In this document: positions 17,576 through 28,947 of the stretch, piece after piece
Layout of the letters: each line of letters starts with the position of its first letter
How positions within the stretch are numbered: position 1 is the stretch's first letter
Origin: Escherichia coli
Lineage (GTDB): Bacteria > Pseudomonadota > Gammaproteobacteria > Enterobacterales > Enterobacteriaceae
DNA: 64,000 bases
Strand: one strand, 5' to 3'
Assembly: GCF_041886205.1 (NCBI RefSeq)
Contig: NZ_CP169029.1
Made by a program: the position numbers and the translations under genes
The notes under the pieces: model-generated
The model's database searches: none
The model's input: the letters and a program-made list of their open reading frames with translations, nothing else
Told to the model about the DNA's origin: nothing

Positions 17576-20500
17576 ATGATGGAAATTCTGCGTGGTTCGC
17601 CTGCACTGTCGGCATTCCGAATCAACAAACTGCTGGCACGTTTTCAGGCTGCCAGGCTCCCGGTTCACAATATTTACGCCGAGTATGTCCATTTTGCTGA
17701 CCTCAATGCGCCGTTAAACGATGATGAGCACGCACAACTTGAACGCCTGCTGAAATATGGCCCGGCACTCGCCAGCCACGCCCCGCAAGGCAAACTCCTG
17801 CTGGTGACCCCGCGTCCTGGCACCATCTCTCCCTGGTCTTCGAAAGCGACCGATATTGCCCATAACTGCGGGCTACAACAGGTAAACCGCCTTGAGCGCG
17901 GCGTTGCTTACTATATAGAAGCCGGTACGCTGACCAATGAACAATGGCAGCAGGTTACCGCTGAACTGCACGACCGCATGATGGAAACGGTCTTTTTTGC
18001 TTTAGATGATGCAGAGCAGTTGTTTGCCCACCATCAACCGACTCCGGTTACCAGCGTTGATTTGCTGGGGCAGGGCCGTCAGGCGCTGATCGACGCTAAC
18101 CTGCGTCTTGGCCTGGCTCTGGCGGAAGATGAAATTGACTATCTGCAGGATGCTTTCACAAAGCTTGGTCGTAACCCGAACGACATCGAGCTGTATATGT
18201 TCGCTCAGGCGAACTCTGAGCACTGCCGCCACAAAATTTTTAATGCCGACTGGATTATCGACGGTGAACAGCAGCCGAAATCGCTGTTCAAGATGATCAA
18301 AAATACTTTCGAAACCACGCCAGATCACGTTCTCTCTGCTTATAAAGATAACGCCGCCGTAATGGAAGGTTCTGAAGTGGGCCGCTACTTTGCTGACCAC
18401 GAAACGGGCCGCTACGATTTCCATCAGGAACCGGCGCATATTCTGATGAAAGTCGAAACTCACAACCACCCGACGGCGATTTCTCCGTGGCCGGGCGCGG
18501 CGACCGGTTCCGGCGGCGAAATTCGTGATGAAGGCGCCACCGGACGCGGTGCGAAACCGAAGGCTGGTCTGGTTGGTTTCTCCGTATCCAACCTGCGAAT
18601 TCCTGGCTTCGAACAGCCGTGGGAAGAAGATTTCGGTAAGCCTGAGCGCATTGTCACCGCGCTGGACATCATGACCGAAGGCCCGCTGGGCGGCGCGGCG
18701 TTTAACAACGAATTTGGTCGTCCGGCACTGAATGGCTACTTCCGTACTTATGAAGAAAAAGTGAACAGCCACAATGGCGAAGAGCTGCGCGGTTATCACA
18801 AACCGATCATGCTGGCGGGCGGGATCGGCAACATTCGCGCCGATCACGTACAAAAAGGCGAGATCAACGTCGGTGCGAAGCTGGTCGTTCTCGGCGGCCC
18901 GGCAATGAACATCGGTCTTGGCGGCGGAGCGGCGTCTTCCATGGCGTCAGGTCAGTCTGATGCCGACCTCGACTTTGCTTCCGTACAGCGCGACAACCCG
19001 GAGATGGAGCGTCGCTGCCAGGAAGTGATCGACCGTTGCTGGCAGCTTGGTGATGCCAACCCAATCCTGTTTATCCACGACGTCGGCGCTGGCGGTCTTT
19101 CTAACGCGATGCCGGAACTGGTGAGCGACGGCGGGCGCGGCGGTAAATTTGAACTGCGCGATATTCTAAGCGACGAACCGGGCATGAGCCCGCTGGAAAT
19201 CTGGTGTAACGAATCCCAGGAACGCTACGTGCTGGCGGTTGCTGCCGATCAATTACCGCTGTTTGACGAACTGTGTAAGCGTGAGCGCGCACCCTACGCG
19301 GTGATTGGTGAAGCGACCGAAGAACTGCATCTTTCTCTGCACGATCGTCATTTTGATAATCAGCCGATCGATCTGCCGCTGGACGTCCTGCTTGGTAAAA
19401 CGCCGAAGATGACCCGCGATGTACAAACGCTGAAAGCGAAGGGCGATGCGCTGGTCCGTGAAGGGATCACCATTGCAGACGCGGTGAAACGCGTACTGCA
19501 TCTGCCGACCGTGGCGGAGAAAACTTTCCTGGTGACCATCGGTGACCGCAGCGTAACCGGCATGGTGGCGCGCGATCAGATGGTGGGGCCGTGGCAGGTG
19601 CCGGTCGCTAACTGCGCGGTCACTACCGCCAGCCTCGACAGCTACTACGGTGAAGCGATGGCGATTGGCGAGCGTGCGCCGGTTGCGCTGCTGGATTTCG
19701 CCGCCTCTGCCCGTCTGGCGGTCGGTGAAGCGTTAACCAATATTGCCGCAACACAGATTGGCGATATCAAACGCATTAAACTTTCCGCCAACTGGATGGC
19801 GGCGGCAGGCCACCCTGGTGAAGATGCGGGCCTGTATGAAGCCGTTAAAGCCGTGGGCGAAGAGCTTTGTCCGGCGCTGGGCCTGACGATCCCGGTGGGT
19901 AAAGACTCTATGTCGATGAAAACCCGCTGGCAGGAAGGTAACGAAGAGCGCGAAATGACGTCGCCGCTGTCGCTGGTGATTTCTGCATTTGCCCGCGTGG
20001 AAGATGTACGTCACACCATCACGCCGCAGCTTTCTACCGAAGATAACGCACTGCTGCTGATTGATTTGGGCAAAGGCAATAACGCGCTGGGCGCAACGGC
20101 GCTGGCGCAGGTTTATCGTCAGCTTGGCGACAAACCGGCAGATGTACGCGATGTCGCGCAACTGAAAGGCTTCTATGACGCGATTCAGGCGCTGGTTGCA
20201 CAGCGTAAGCTGCTGGCGTATCACGACCGCTCTGATGGCGGCCTGCTGGTAACGCTGGCGGAAATGGCCTTTGCTGGTCATTGTGGCATTGACGCGGATA
20301 TCGCCACTCTGGGTGACGATCGCCTGGCGGCGTTGTTTAACGAAGAACTGGGTGCGGTGATTCAGGTTCGTGCCGCTGACCGTGAAGCGGTCGAGTCCGT
20401 ACTGGCACAGCATGGGCTTGCGGATTGCGTCCATTATGTTGGGCTGGCGGTTTCCGGTGACCGTTTTGTGATTACCGCCAACGGGCAGACTGTATTCAGC

Positions 20501-21463
20501 GAAAGCCGCACTACGTTGCGTGTCTGGTGGGCAGAAACTACCTGGCAGATGCAGCGCCTGCGTGACAACCCGGAGTGTGCCGATCAGGAGCATCAGGCGA
20601 AATCAAACGACGCCGATCCGGGCCTGAATGTAAAACTGTCGTTCGATATCAACGAAGATGTGGCAGCACCGTATATTGCCACTGGCGCACGTCCGAAAGT
20701 TGCCGTGCTGCGTGAGCAGGGTGTGAACTCACATGTTGAAATGGCGGCAGCCTTCCACCGTGCAGGCTTCGATGCAATCGATGTGCATATGAGCGACCTG
20801 CTGGCTGGACGCACGGGCCTGGAGGATTTTCACGCCCTGGTCGCGTGCGGAGGTTTCTCCTACGGTGACGTGCTGGGTGCCGGTGAAGGTTGGGCGAAGT
20901 CTATCCTGTTCAATGACCGTGTACGCGATGAGTTTGCAACCTTCTTCCATCGTCCGCAAACGCTGGCGCTGGGGGTATGTAACGGTTGCCAGATGATGTC
21001 TAATCTGCGTGAACTGATCCCAGGTAGTGAGTTGTGGCCACGTTTTGTGCGCAATACCTCCGATCGCTTTGAAGCGCGTTTCAGCCTGGTTGAAGTAACC
21101 CAAAGCCCGTCTCTGCTGTTGCAGGGGATGGTGGGCTCGCAAATGCCGATTGCTGTCTCTCACGGTGAAGGGCGCGTTGAAGTGCGTGATGCGGCGCATC
21201 TGGCGGCACTGGAAAGCAAAGGGCTGGTGGCACTGCGCTATGTCGATAACTTCGGCAAAGTCACTGAAACCTACCCGGCTAACCCGAACGGTTCACCGAA
21301 CGGTATTACGTCGGTTACGACTGAAAGTGGTCGAGTCACCATTATGATGCCGCACCCGGAACGTGTTTTCCGTACTGTCAGCAACTCCTGGCATCCGGAA
21401 AACTGGGGCGAGGATGGCCCATGGATGCGCATTTTCCGCAATGCGCGTAAGCAGTTGGGGTAA
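17576..21463 (+). CDS. purL: phosphoribosylformylglycinamidine synthase
   Basis: 1295-aa ORF with C-terminal glutamine amidotransferase domain (GVCNGCQ). Confidence 0.95.
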   Translation: MMEILRGSPALSAFRINKLLARFQAARLPVHNIYAEYVHFADLNAPLNDDEHAQLERLLKYGPALASHAPQGKLLLVTPRPGTISPWSSKATDIAHNCGLQQVNRLERGVAYYIEAGTLTNEQWQQVTAELHDRMMETVFFALDDAEQLFAHHQPTPVTSVDLLGQGRQALIDANLRLGLALAEDEIDYLQDAFTKLGRNPNDIELYMFAQANSEHCRHKIFNADWIIDGEQQPKSLFKMIKNTFETTPDHVLSAYKDNAAVMEGSEVGRYFADHETGRYDFHQEPAHILMKVETHNHPTAISPWPGAATGSGGEIRDEGATGRGAKPKAGLVGFSVSNLRIPGFEQPWEEDFGKPERIVTALDIMTEGPLGGAAFNNEFGRPALNGYFRTYEEKVNSHNGEELRGYHKPIMLAGGIGNIRADHVQKGEINVGAKLVVLGGPAMNIGLGGGAASSMASGQSDADLDFASVQRDNPEMERRCQEVIDRCWQLGDANPILFIHDVGAGGLSNAMPELVSDGGRGGKFELRDILSDEPGMSPLEIWCNESQERYVLAVAADQLPLFDELCKRERAPYAVIGEATEELHLSLHDRHFDNQPIDLPLDVLLGKTPKMTRDVQTLKAKGDALVREGITIADAVKRVLHLPTVAEKTFLVTIGDRSVTGMVARDQMVGPWQVPVANCAVTTASLDSYYGEAMAIGERAPVALLDFAASARLAVGEALTNIAATQIGDIKRIKLSANWMAAAGHPGEDAGLYEAVKAVGEELCPALGLTIPVGKDSMSMKTRWQEGNEEREMTSPLSLVISAFARVEDVRHTITPQLSTEDNALLLIDLGKGNNALGATALAQVYRQLGDKPADVRDVAQLKGFYDAIQALVAQRKLLAYHDRSDGGLLVTLAEMAFAGHCGIDADIATLGDDRLAALFNEELGAVIQVRAADREAVESVLAQHGLADCVHYVGLAVSGDRFVITANGQTVFSESRTTLRVWWAETTWQMQRLRDNPECADQEHQAKSNDADPGLNVKLSFDINEDVAAPYIATGARPKVAVLREQGVNSHVEMAAAFHRAGFDAIDVHMSDLLAGRTGLEDFHALVACGGFSYGDVLGAGEGWAKSILFNDRVRDEFATFFHRPQTLALGVCNGCQMMSNLRELIPGSELWPRFVRNTSDRFEARFSLVEVTQSPSLLLQGMVGSQMPIAVSHGEGRVEVRDAAHLAALESKGLVALRYVDNFGKVTETYPANPNGSPNGITSVTTESGRVTIMMPHPERVFRTVSNSWHPENWGEDGPWMRIFRNARKQLG

Positions 21464-21486
21464 GTCATCAGTTCATTGGTTTTGCA

Positions 21487-21518
21487 GCCCGGATGCGGCA
21501 TTTACGCCGCATCCGGCA
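21487..21518. repeat. REP-like palindromic unit downstream of purL
   Basis: ccggatgcggc ... gccgcatccgg inverted repeat. Confidence 0.45.
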
Positions 21519-21540
21519 TTAAGCACCAACCACTATCATA

Positions 21541-21567
21541 AGCTCCCAACTCCGGGAGCTTTTTTGT
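21541..21567 (+). terminator. rho-independent terminator after purL
   Basis: agctccc / gggagct stem followed by TTTTTT. Confidence 0.6.
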
Positions 21568-21599
21568 GTCTGTAAATCACGACAATGGATGGTTTGCTG

Positions 21600-21680
21600 T
21601 GTCGCTTTTTGGTGACATTTAACTCATTGATTTTAATGTCATCTAATAAGTTTATCTTAAGTTGTCTCTTTTTAGCGACA
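21600..21680 (+). promoter_or_regulatory. GlrR (QseF) activator binding sites upstream of glmY (TGTC-N10-GACA repeats)
   Basis: tgtcgctttttggtgaca at 21600-21617 and tgtctctttttagcgaca at 21663-21680, upstream of a sigma54 promoter. Confidence 0.5.
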
Positions 21681-21769
21681 CAGTGGCTGATTTACATTCA
21701 AACAGCGGAGAAGCCATAAACCCCTCAAAGCAGCGTATAATCAGTACGTTACCAAACTATTTTCTTTAT

Positions 21770-21785
21770 TGGCACAGTTACTGCA
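21770..21785 (+). promoter_or_regulatory. sigma54 (-24/-12) promoter of glmY
   Basis: TGGCACagttaCTGCA, GG and GC elements with canonical spacing. Confidence 0.6.
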
Positions 21786-21796
21786 TAATAGTAAGC

Positions 21797-21981
21797 AGTT
21801 GCTCATTCACCGACTTATGTCAGCCCCTTCGGGACGTGCTACATAAAATTCGAATGACGCACAACAAGGTGCCTGCCGTCCAACTTCTGATATCAGCGTA
21901 GCTATATCAACCATCGGGCGAAACGTCGAGTTAGGCACCGCCTTATTCCATAACAAAGCCGGGTAATTCCCGGCTTTGTTG
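21797..21981 (+). ncRNA. glmY: small regulatory RNA GlmY
   Basis: Sequence ...ctcattcaccgacttatgtcagccccttcgggacgtgctacataaaattcgaatgacgc... recognised as GlmY; ends in hairpin aaagccgggtaattcccggcttt plus U-tract; lies between purL and glrK; 5' end approximate. Confidence 0.75.
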
Positions 21982-22038
21982 TATCTGAACTTCCCCTCGG
22001 TTAGCATCAGGCTATTCGCGTCTGACGAGAGTAACACC

Positions 22039-23466
22039 TTGAAACGCTGGCCCGTTTTTCCCCGCTCATTACGACAACTGGTAATGCTGGCATTTTTGCT
22101 AATTCTACTACCCCTGTTGGTGCTGGCATGGCAAGCCTGGCAAAGCCTGAATGCGCTTAGCGATCAGGCGGCGCTGGTTAACCGCACTACGCTTATTGAT
22201 GCCCGGCGTAGTGAAGCGATGACCAACGCGGCGCTGGAGATGGAGCGTAGCTACCGTCAGTATTGCGTGCTGGACGACCCTACGCTTGCGAAGGTTTATC
22301 AAAGCCAGCGCAAGCGTTACAGCGAAATGCTCGATGCCCACGCAGGCGTACTGCCAGACGATAAACTTTACCAGGCATTGCGTCAGGATTTGAACAATCT
22401 GGCCCAACTTCAGTGTAACAACAGTGGTCCCGATGCTGCCGCCGCCGCGCGTCTTGAAGCCTTTGCCAGTGCCAATACCGAAATGGTGCAGGCCACGCGC
22501 ACAGTGGTGTTCTCTCGTGGGCAGCAACTTCAGCGTGAAATCGCCGAACGTGGGCAATATTTTGGTTGGCAATCGCTGGTGCTATTTCTGGTGAGTCTGG
22601 TGATGGTGCTACTTTTCACGCGGATGATTATCGGGCCGGTGAAAAATATCGAGCGCATGATCAACCGTCTGGGGGAAGGGCGTTCTCTGGGCAATAGCGT
22701 TTCGTTCAGTGGACCGAGCGAGTTACGCTCGGTTGGGCAACGTATTCTTTGGTTAAGTGAGCGCCTGTCATGGCTGGAATCCCAACGCCATCAATTTTTA
22801 AGACATTTATCTCATGAATTAAAAACGCCACTGGCGAGTATGCGCGAGGGCACTGAATTACTGGCTGACCAGGTTGTCGGGCCGCTTACGCCAGAGCAAA
22901 AAGAGGTGGTGAGCATTCTTGATAGCAGCAGCCGCAATTTGCAAAAACTGATCGAACAACTGCTTGATTACAACCGTAAACAGGCGGACAGTGCGGTGGA
23001 ACTGGAGAATGTTGAATTAGCACCGCTGGTGGAGACAGTGGTTTCTGCTCATAGCCTGCCCGCACGGGCTAAAATGATGCATACCGACGTCGATCTCAAA
23101 GCAACAGCTTGCCTGGCGGAGCCAATGCTGCTGATGAGCGTACTGGATAATCTTTACTCCAATGCGGTGCACTACGGGGCTGAATCCGGTAACATTTGCC
23201 TTCGCAGCAGTTTACATGGTGCGCGGGTTTATATTGATGTCATCAATACAGGCACGCCCATTCCGCAAGAGGAACGCGCCATGATCTTCGAACCCTTTTT
23301 TCAGGGAAGCCACCAGCGAAAAGGGGCGGTGAAGGGCAGCGGTCTGGGATTAAGCATTGCCAGGGATTGTATTCGCCGTATGCAAGGGGAACTGTATCTG
23401 GTCGACGAGAGCGGGCAAGACGTTTGTTTCCGCATTGAATTACCGTCGTCGAAAAACACGAAATAA
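22039..23466 (+). CDS. glrK: sensor histidine kinase GlrK (QseE)
   Basis: HisKA H-box HELKTPL and HATPase domain; start set at TTG (LKRWPVFPRS, 475 aa) by comparison with remembered protein. Confidence 0.85.
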   Translation: MKRWPVFPRSLRQLVMLAFLLILLPLLVLAWQAWQSLNALSDQAALVNRTTLIDARRSEAMTNAALEMERSYRQYCVLDDPTLAKVYQSQRKRYSEMLDAHAGVLPDDKLYQALRQDLNNLAQLQCNNSGPDAAAAARLEAFASANTEMVQATRTVVFSRGQQLQREIAERGQYFGWQSLVLFLVSLVMVLLFTRMIIGPVKNIERMINRLGEGRSLGNSVSFSGPSELRSVGQRILWLSERLSWLESQRHQFLRHLSHELKTPLASMREGTELLADQVVGPLTPEQKEVVSILDSSSRNLQKLIEQLLDYNRKQADSAVELENVELAPLVETVVSAHSLPARAKMMHTDVDLKATACLAEPMLLMSVLDNLYSNAVHYGAESGNICLRSSLHGARVYIDVINTGTPIPQEERAMIFEPFFQGSHQRKGAVKGSGLGLSIARDCIRRMQGELYLVDESGQDVCFRIELPSSKNTK

Positions 23467-23630
23467 TGCTAACAGCCTATCCCATCAGGCTATTTTATTT
23501 GTCAGTTCGGCCCCGGGCAGTGCTCGAAATCCTCACGTACGACATGTACGCTCCGGTTTCTCCGCGCTGTCCATGTCCAAACTGTCTGCAACAATTACGC
23601 CCACTGGGATAGGCTTTAAGTCTGGTGAAT

Positions 23631-24344
23631 ATGCGACACATTTTTCAACGATTATTGCCCCGACGGCTGTGGCTGGCAGGGCTGCCATGTCTGGCATTGC
23701 TGGGTTGCGTGCAGAATCACAATAAGCCAGCCATTGATACGCCAGCAGAAGAAAAAATTCCGGTTTATCAACTGGCTGACTATCTTTCTACTGAATGTAG
23801 CGACATCTGGGCGCTGCAAGGTAAATCAACCGAAACCAATCCGCTTTACTGGCTGCGGGCGATGGATTGTGCTGATCGTTTAATGCCTGCGCAGTCGCGT
23901 CAGCAAGCTCGCCAATATGACGACGGCAGCTGGCAAAATACCTTTAAACAAGGGATTTTGCTCGCCGACGCCAAAATTACGCCGTATGAGCGCCGCCAGC
24001 TGGTCGCGCGTATTGAAGCGTTAAGTACCGAGATCCCGGCACAGGTTCGCCCACTGTATCAACTCTGGCGCGACGGTCAGGCGCTGCAACTGCAACTGGC
24101 GGAAGAGCGCCAACGTTACAGTAAACTCCAGCAGTCCAGCGACAGCGAGCTGGATACATTGCGCCAGCAACATCACGTTCTACAGCAGCAACTGGAACTC
24201 ACCACCCGCAAGCTGGAAAACCTGACCGATATTGAACGCCAGCTCTCGACCCGCAAACCGGCTGGAAATTTCTCGCCGGATACGCCGCACGAGAGTGAAA
24301 AGCCCGCGCCATCCACCCATGAGGTCACTCCTGATGAGCCATAA
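23631..24344 (+). CDS. qseG: outer-membrane lipoprotein QseG
   Basis: Start refined to MRHIFQRLLPRRLWLAGLPCLALLGC (lipobox); Q-rich coiled-coil C-terminus; overlaps glrR start. Confidence 0.8.
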   Translation: MRHIFQRLLPRRLWLAGLPCLALLGCVQNHNKPAIDTPAEEKIPVYQLADYLSTECSDIWALQGKSTETNPLYWLRAMDCADRLMPAQSRQQARQYDDGSWQNTFKQGILLADAKITPYERRQLVARIEALSTEIPAQVRPLYQLWRDGQALQLQLAEERQRYSKLQQSSDSELDTLRQQHHVLQQQLELTTRKLENLTDIERQLSTRKPAGNFSPDTPHESEKPAPSTHEVTPDEP

Positions 24345-25668
24345 ACCTGCGCATTTATTATTGGTCGATGACGATCCGGGATTGCTGAAACTGCTTGGCC
24401 TGCGCCTGACCAGCGAAGGCTACAGTGTGGTCACGGCGGAAAGTGGCGCTGAAGGATTACGGGTACTGAATCGCGAAAAAGTAGATTTAGTTATCAGCGA
24501 CCTGCGGATGGATGAAATGGACGGTATGCAGCTATTTGCTGAAATCCAGAAAGTGCAGCCGGGAATGCCAGTAATTATTCTTACTGCGCATGGTTCTATC
24601 CCCGATGCCGTTGCTGCAACACAGCAGGGCGTTTTTAGTTTCCTCACCAAGCCTGTCGATAAAGATGCGCTATATCAGGCAATTGACGATGCGCTGGAGC
24701 AATCCGCGCCAGCCACCGATGAACGCTGGCGCGAGGCAATTGTCACCCGCAGCCCGCTGATGCTGCGTTTGCTGGAACAGGCGCGGCTGGTGGCGCAATC
24801 AGACGTCAGCGTTTTGATTAACGGCCAGAGCGGCACCGGGAAAGAGATTTTCGCCCAGGCTATCCACAACGCCAGCCCGCGCAATAGCAAACCATTTATT
24901 GCTATTAACTGTGGTGCATTGCCTGAGCAATTGCTGGAGTCGGAGCTGTTTGGTCATGCGCGTGGCGCGTTTACTGGCGCTGTCAGCAATCGCGAAGGTT
25001 TATTCCAGGCGGCGGAAGGCGGAACGCTATTTCTCGATGAGATTGGCGATATGCCTGCGCCGTTGCAGGTCAAACTGCTGCGCGTGTTGCAGGAGCGTAA
25101 AGTGCGCCCGCTGGGCAGTAACCGCGATATGGATATCAATGTGCGGATTATTTCTGCCACTCACCGTGATCTGCCAAAAGCGATGGCGCGCGGGGAATTC
25201 CGCGAAGATCTCTATTACCGTCTCAACGTTGTCAGCCTGAAAATTCCGGCACTGGCGGAGCGCACAGAAGACATTCCGCTACTGGCAAATCACCTGTTGC
25301 GCCAGGCGGCAGAGCGACATAAACCGTTTGTCCGCGCGTTCTCTACCGATGCGATGAAACGCCTGATGACCGCGAGCTGGCCGGGTAATGTGCGCCAGTT
25401 GGTCAACGTGATTGAACAGTGCGTGGCGCTGACCTCATCTCCGGTGATTAGTGATGCGCTGGTGGAGCAGGCGCTGGAGGGTGAAAATACGGCGCTGCCA
25501 ACCTTTGTTGAGGCACGTAATCAGTTTGAACTCAACTATCTGCGTAAGCTGCTGCAAATCACCAAAGGCAACGTCACCCACGCGGCGAGAATGGCGGGGC
25601 GCAACCGGACAGAATTTTATAAACTGCTTTCCCGACACGAGCTGGATGCAAACGATTTCAAGGAATGA
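24334..25668 (+). CDS. glrR: sigma54-dependent response regulator GlrR (QseF)
   Basis: Start refined to [14 protein letters not shown] (444 aa); receiver domain, AAA+ sigma54-interaction domain (GESGTGKE-like, GAFTGA), C-terminal HTH. Confidence 0.9.
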   Translation: MSHKPAHLLLVDDDPGLLKLLGLRLTSEGYSVVTAESGAEGLRVLNREKVDLVISDLRMDEMDGMQLFAEIQKVQPGMPVIILTAHGSIPDAVAATQQGVFSFLTKPVDKDALYQAIDDALEQSAPATDERWREAIVTRSPLMLRLLEQARLVAQSDVSVLINGQSGTGKEIFAQAIHNASPRNSKPFIAINCGALPEQLLESELFGHARGAFTGAVSNREGLFQAAEGGTLFLDEIGDMPAPLQVKLLRVLQERKVRPLGSNRDMDINVRIISATHRDLPKAMARGEFREDLYYRLNVVSLKIPALAERTEDIPLLANHLLRQAAERHKPFVRAFSTDAMKRLMTASWPGNVRQLVNVIEQCVALTSSPVISDALVEQALEGENTALPTFVEARNQFELNYLRKLLQITKGNVTHAARMAGRNRTEFYKLLSRHELDANDFKE

Positions 25669-25692
25669 ATTGGCGTTATGTGTTACGTTTAG

Positions 25693-26067
<375 letters not shown>

Positions 26068-26111
26068 ACCGCGTCAAGGGTTGCCGGATGTTTCCATCCG
26101 GCAACATCAAA

Positions 26112-27302
26112 TCACAGCACCTTATGCGGGCCAAAGCATTCGTAATGAATGTTTTCCTGCTTCACGCCCAGATCCACTAACTGTTTCGCGGCAAACTGCA
26201 TGAAGCCAACCGGGCCGCAGAGATAGAACTGCATTGTCGGATCGCTGAACGCACCTTCCAGTTTGCTCAAATCCATCAGACCTTCGCTATCAAACTGACC
26301 TTTAGCGCGATCGGCTTCGCTCGGCTGACGATACCAGGTGTGCGCGGTAAAGCGCGGCAGTGACTGCCCCAGTTCCTTAACTTCATCGGCAAAGGCGTGA
26401 ACATCGCCATTTTCTGCCGCATGGAACCAGTTCACTTGTGCTGTGTGGCCTGCTTTTGCCAGCGTGTCGAGCATTGCCAGCATTGGCGTTTGACCAACAC
26501 CGGCAGAGATTAACGTCACTGGTGTGTCATCTGCGACAGCCATAAAGAAATCACCTGCCGGAGCGGCCAGTTTCACGACATCGCCAACATTGGCGTGATT
26601 GTGCAACCAGTTGGATACCTGCCCACCCTCTTCGCGTTTCACCGCAATACGATAGCCTTTGCCATCCGGTTTGCGAGTCAAAGAGTACTGACGAATTTCC
26701 TGATGCGGGAAACCTTCCGGCTTCAGCCAGACGCCGAGATATTGCCCCGGACGGTATTCTGCCACTGCACCACCGTCGACCGGCTCCAGTTCGAAGCTGG
26801 TGATAAGCGCGCTGCGCGGTGTTTTAGCCACAATGCGGAAATCGCGAGTACCTTCCCAACCACCGGCTTTGCTGGCGTTTTCGTTATAGATTTCCGCCTC
26901 GCGATTGATAAATACATTAGCCAGTACACCATAGGCTTTACCCCACGCGTCCAGCACTTCCTGCCCCGGGCTGAACATTTCGTCCAGCGTTGCCAACAGG
27001 TGTTCACCGACGATGTTGTACTGTTCCGGTTTGATCTGGAAACTGGTGTGCTTCTGCGCGATTTTTTCTACCGCTGGCAGCAGCGCAGGCAGGTTTTCAA
27101 TATTACTGGCGTAGGCGGCAATAGCGTTAAACAGGGCTTCACGTTGATCGCCATTACGCTGGTTACTCATGTTAAAAATTTCTTTGAGTTCTGGGTTATG
27201 AGTAAACATACGGTCGTAGAAATGGGCGGTTAACTTTGGCCCTGTTTCTACCAGTAAAGGGATGGTGGCTTTTACTGTAGCGATGGTTTGAGCGTCAAGC
27301 AT
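26112..27302 (-). CDS. hmp: flavohemoglobin (nitric oxide dioxygenase)
   Basis: 396-aa ORF, N-terminal globin and C-terminal FAD/NAD reductase domain. Confidence 0.95.
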   Translation of the reverse strand: MLDAQTIATVKATIPLLVETGPKLTAHFYDRMFTHNPELKEIFNMSNQRNGDQREALFNAIAAYASNIENLPALLPAVEKIAQKHTSFQIKPEQYNIVGEHLLATLDEMFSPGQEVLDAWGKAYGVLANVFINREAEIYNENASKAGGWEGTRDFRIVAKTPRSALITSFELEPVDGGAVAEYRPGQYLGVWLKPEGFPHQEIRQYSLTRKPDGKGYRIAVKREEGGQVSNWLHNHANVGDVVKLAAPAGDFFMAVADDTPVTLISAGVGQTPMLAMLDTLAKAGHTAQVNWFHAAENGDVHAFADEVKELGQSLPRFTAHTWYRQPSEADRAKGQFDSEGLMDLSKLEGAFSDPTMQFYLCGPVGFMQFAAKQLVDLGVKQENIHYECFGPHKVL

Positions 27303-27329
27303 ATGGTCTTCCTTTTTTTTGCATCTTAA

Positions 27330-27352
27330 TTGATGTATCTCAAATGCATCTT
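27330..27352 (-). promoter_or_regulatory. NsrR operator at hmp promoter
   Basis: Minus-strand aagatgcatttgagatacatcaa, an inverted repeat matching the NsrR consensus, just upstream of hmp start. Confidence 0.55.
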
Positions 27353-27630
27353 ATAAAAAATAGCCCTGCAATGTAAATGGTTCTTTGGTGTTTTTCAGAA
27401 AGAATGTGATGAAGTGAAAAATTTGCATCACAAACCTGAAAAGAAATCCGTTTCCGGTTGCAAGCTCTTTATTCTCCAAAGCCTTGCGTAGCCTGAAGGT
27501 AATCGTTTGCGTAAATTCCTTTGTCAAGACCTGTTATCGCACAATGATTCGGTTATACTGTTCGCCGTTGTCCAACAGGACCGCCTATAAAGGCCAAAAA
27601 TTTTATTGTTAGCTGAGTCAGGAGATGCGG

Positions 27631-28884
27631 ATGTTAAAGCGTGAAATGAACATTGCCGATTATGATGCCGAACTGTGGCAGGCTATAGAGCAGGAAAAAG
27701 TACGTCAGGAAGAGCACATCGAACTGATCGCCTCCGAAAACTACACCAGCCCGCGCGTAATGCAGGCGCAGGGTTCTCAGCTGACCAACAAATATGCTGA
27801 AGGTTATCCGGGCAAACGCTACTACGGCGGTTGCGAGTATGTTGATATCGTTGAACAACTGGCGATCGATCGTGCGAAAGAACTGTTCGGCGCTGACTAC
27901 GCTAACGTCCAGCCGCACTCCGGCTCCCAGGCTAACTTTGCGGTCTACACCGCGCTGCTGGAACCAGGTGATACCGTTCTGGGTATGAACCTGGCGCATG
28001 GCGGTCACCTGACTCACGGTTCTCCGGTTAACTTCTCCGGTAAACTGTACAACATCGTTCCTTACGGTATCGATGCTACCGGTCATATCGACTACGCCGA
28101 TCTGGAAAAACAAGCCAAAGAACACAAGCCGAAAATGATTATCGGTGGTTTCTCTGCATATTCCGGCGTGGTGGACTGGGCGAAAATGCGTGAAATCGCT
28201 GACAGCATCGGTGCTTACCTGTTCGTTGATATGGCGCACGTTGCGGGCCTGGTTGCTGCTGGCGTCTACCCGAACCCGGTTCCTCATGCTCACGTTGTTA
28301 CTACCACCACTCACAAAACCCTGGCGGGTCCGCGCGGCGGCCTGATCCTGGCGAAAGGTGGTAGCGAAGAGCTGTACAAAAAACTGAACTCTGCCGTTTT
28401 CCCTGGTGGTCAGGGCGGTCCGTTGATGCACGTAATCGCCGGTAAAGCGGTTGCTCTGAAAGAAGCGATGGAGCCTGAGTTCAAAACTTACCAGCAGCAG
28501 GTCGCGAAAAACGCTAAAGCGATGGTAGAAGTGTTCCTCGAGCGCGGCTACAAAGTGGTTTCCGGCGGCACTGATAACCACCTGTTCCTGGTTGATCTGG
28601 TTGATAAAAACCTGACCGGTAAAGAAGCAGACGCCGCTCTGGGCCGTGCTAACATCACCGTCAACAAAAACAGCGTACCGAACGATCCGAAGAGCCCGTT
28701 TGTGACCTCCGGTATTCGCGTGGGTACTCCGGCGATTACGCGTCGCGGCTTCAAAGAAGCAGAAGCGAAAGAACTGGCTGGCTGGATGTGTGACGTGCTG
28801 GACAGCATCAATGATGAAGCCGTTATCGAGCGCATCAAAGGTAAAGTTCTCGACATCTGCGCACGTTTCCCGGTTTACGCATAA
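27631..28884 (+). CDS. glyA: serine hydroxymethyltransferase
   Basis: Start refined to [12 protein letters not shown] (417 aa); PLP lysine motif [14 protein letters not shown]. Confidence 0.95.
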   Translation: MLKREMNIADYDAELWQAIEQEKVRQEEHIELIASENYTSPRVMQAQGSQLTNKYAEGYPGKRYYGGCEYVDIVEQLAIDRAKELFGADYANVQPHSGSQANFAVYTALLEPGDTVLGMNLAHGGHLTHGSPVNFSGKLYNIVPYGIDATGHIDYADLEKQAKEHKPKMIIGGFSAYSGVVDWAKMREIADSIGAYLFVDMAHVAGLVAAGVYPNPVPHAHVVTTTTHKTLAGPRGGLILAKGGSEELYKKLNSAVFPGGQGGPLMHVIAGKAVALKEAMEPEFKTYQQQVAKNAKAMVEVFLERGYKVVSGGTDNHLFLVDLVDKNLTGKEADAALGRANITVNKNSVPNDPKSPFVTSGIRVGTPAITRRGFKEAEAKELAGWMCDVLDSINDEAVIERIKGKVLDICARFPVYA

Positions 28885-28947
28885 GCGAAACGGTTAATCT
28901 GTTGAAAAAAGGCTTCCTTCGGGAAGCCTTTCTACGTTATCGCGCCA

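Noticed and set aside
18002-18853. 283-aa minus-strand ORF, plus other antisense ORFs 19733..20593 and 20729..21199
   Set aside because: They lie entirely inside purL on the opposite strand; long antisense ORFs are expected by chance in a 3.9-kb high-GC gene and their products have low-complexity Arg/Ala-rich composition
21662-22037. Small ORFs 21662..21901 (plus) and 21807..22037 (minus) in the purL-glrK spacer
   Set aside because: They overlap the GlmY sRNA and its promoter/terminator; the interval is explained by the non-coding RNA
23467-23630. Possible terminator or regulatory hairpins between glrK and qseG (agcctatcccatcaggct and gcccactgggataggc)
   Set aside because: Short imperfect stems without a clear U-tract; glrK-qseG-glrR are most simply read as one operon
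26595-27233. 212-aa plus-strand ORF antisense to hmp, and 37062..37892 minus antisense to yphD, 49637..50287 plus antisense to suhB, 63522..63902 and 62961..63518 minus antisense to yfhM
   Set aside because: All are shadow ORFs on the opposite strand of confidently identified genes
27634-28581. 315-aa minus-strand ORF antisense to glyA
   Set aside because: Embedded in glyA; the sense frame encodes a textbook serine hydroxymethyltransferase
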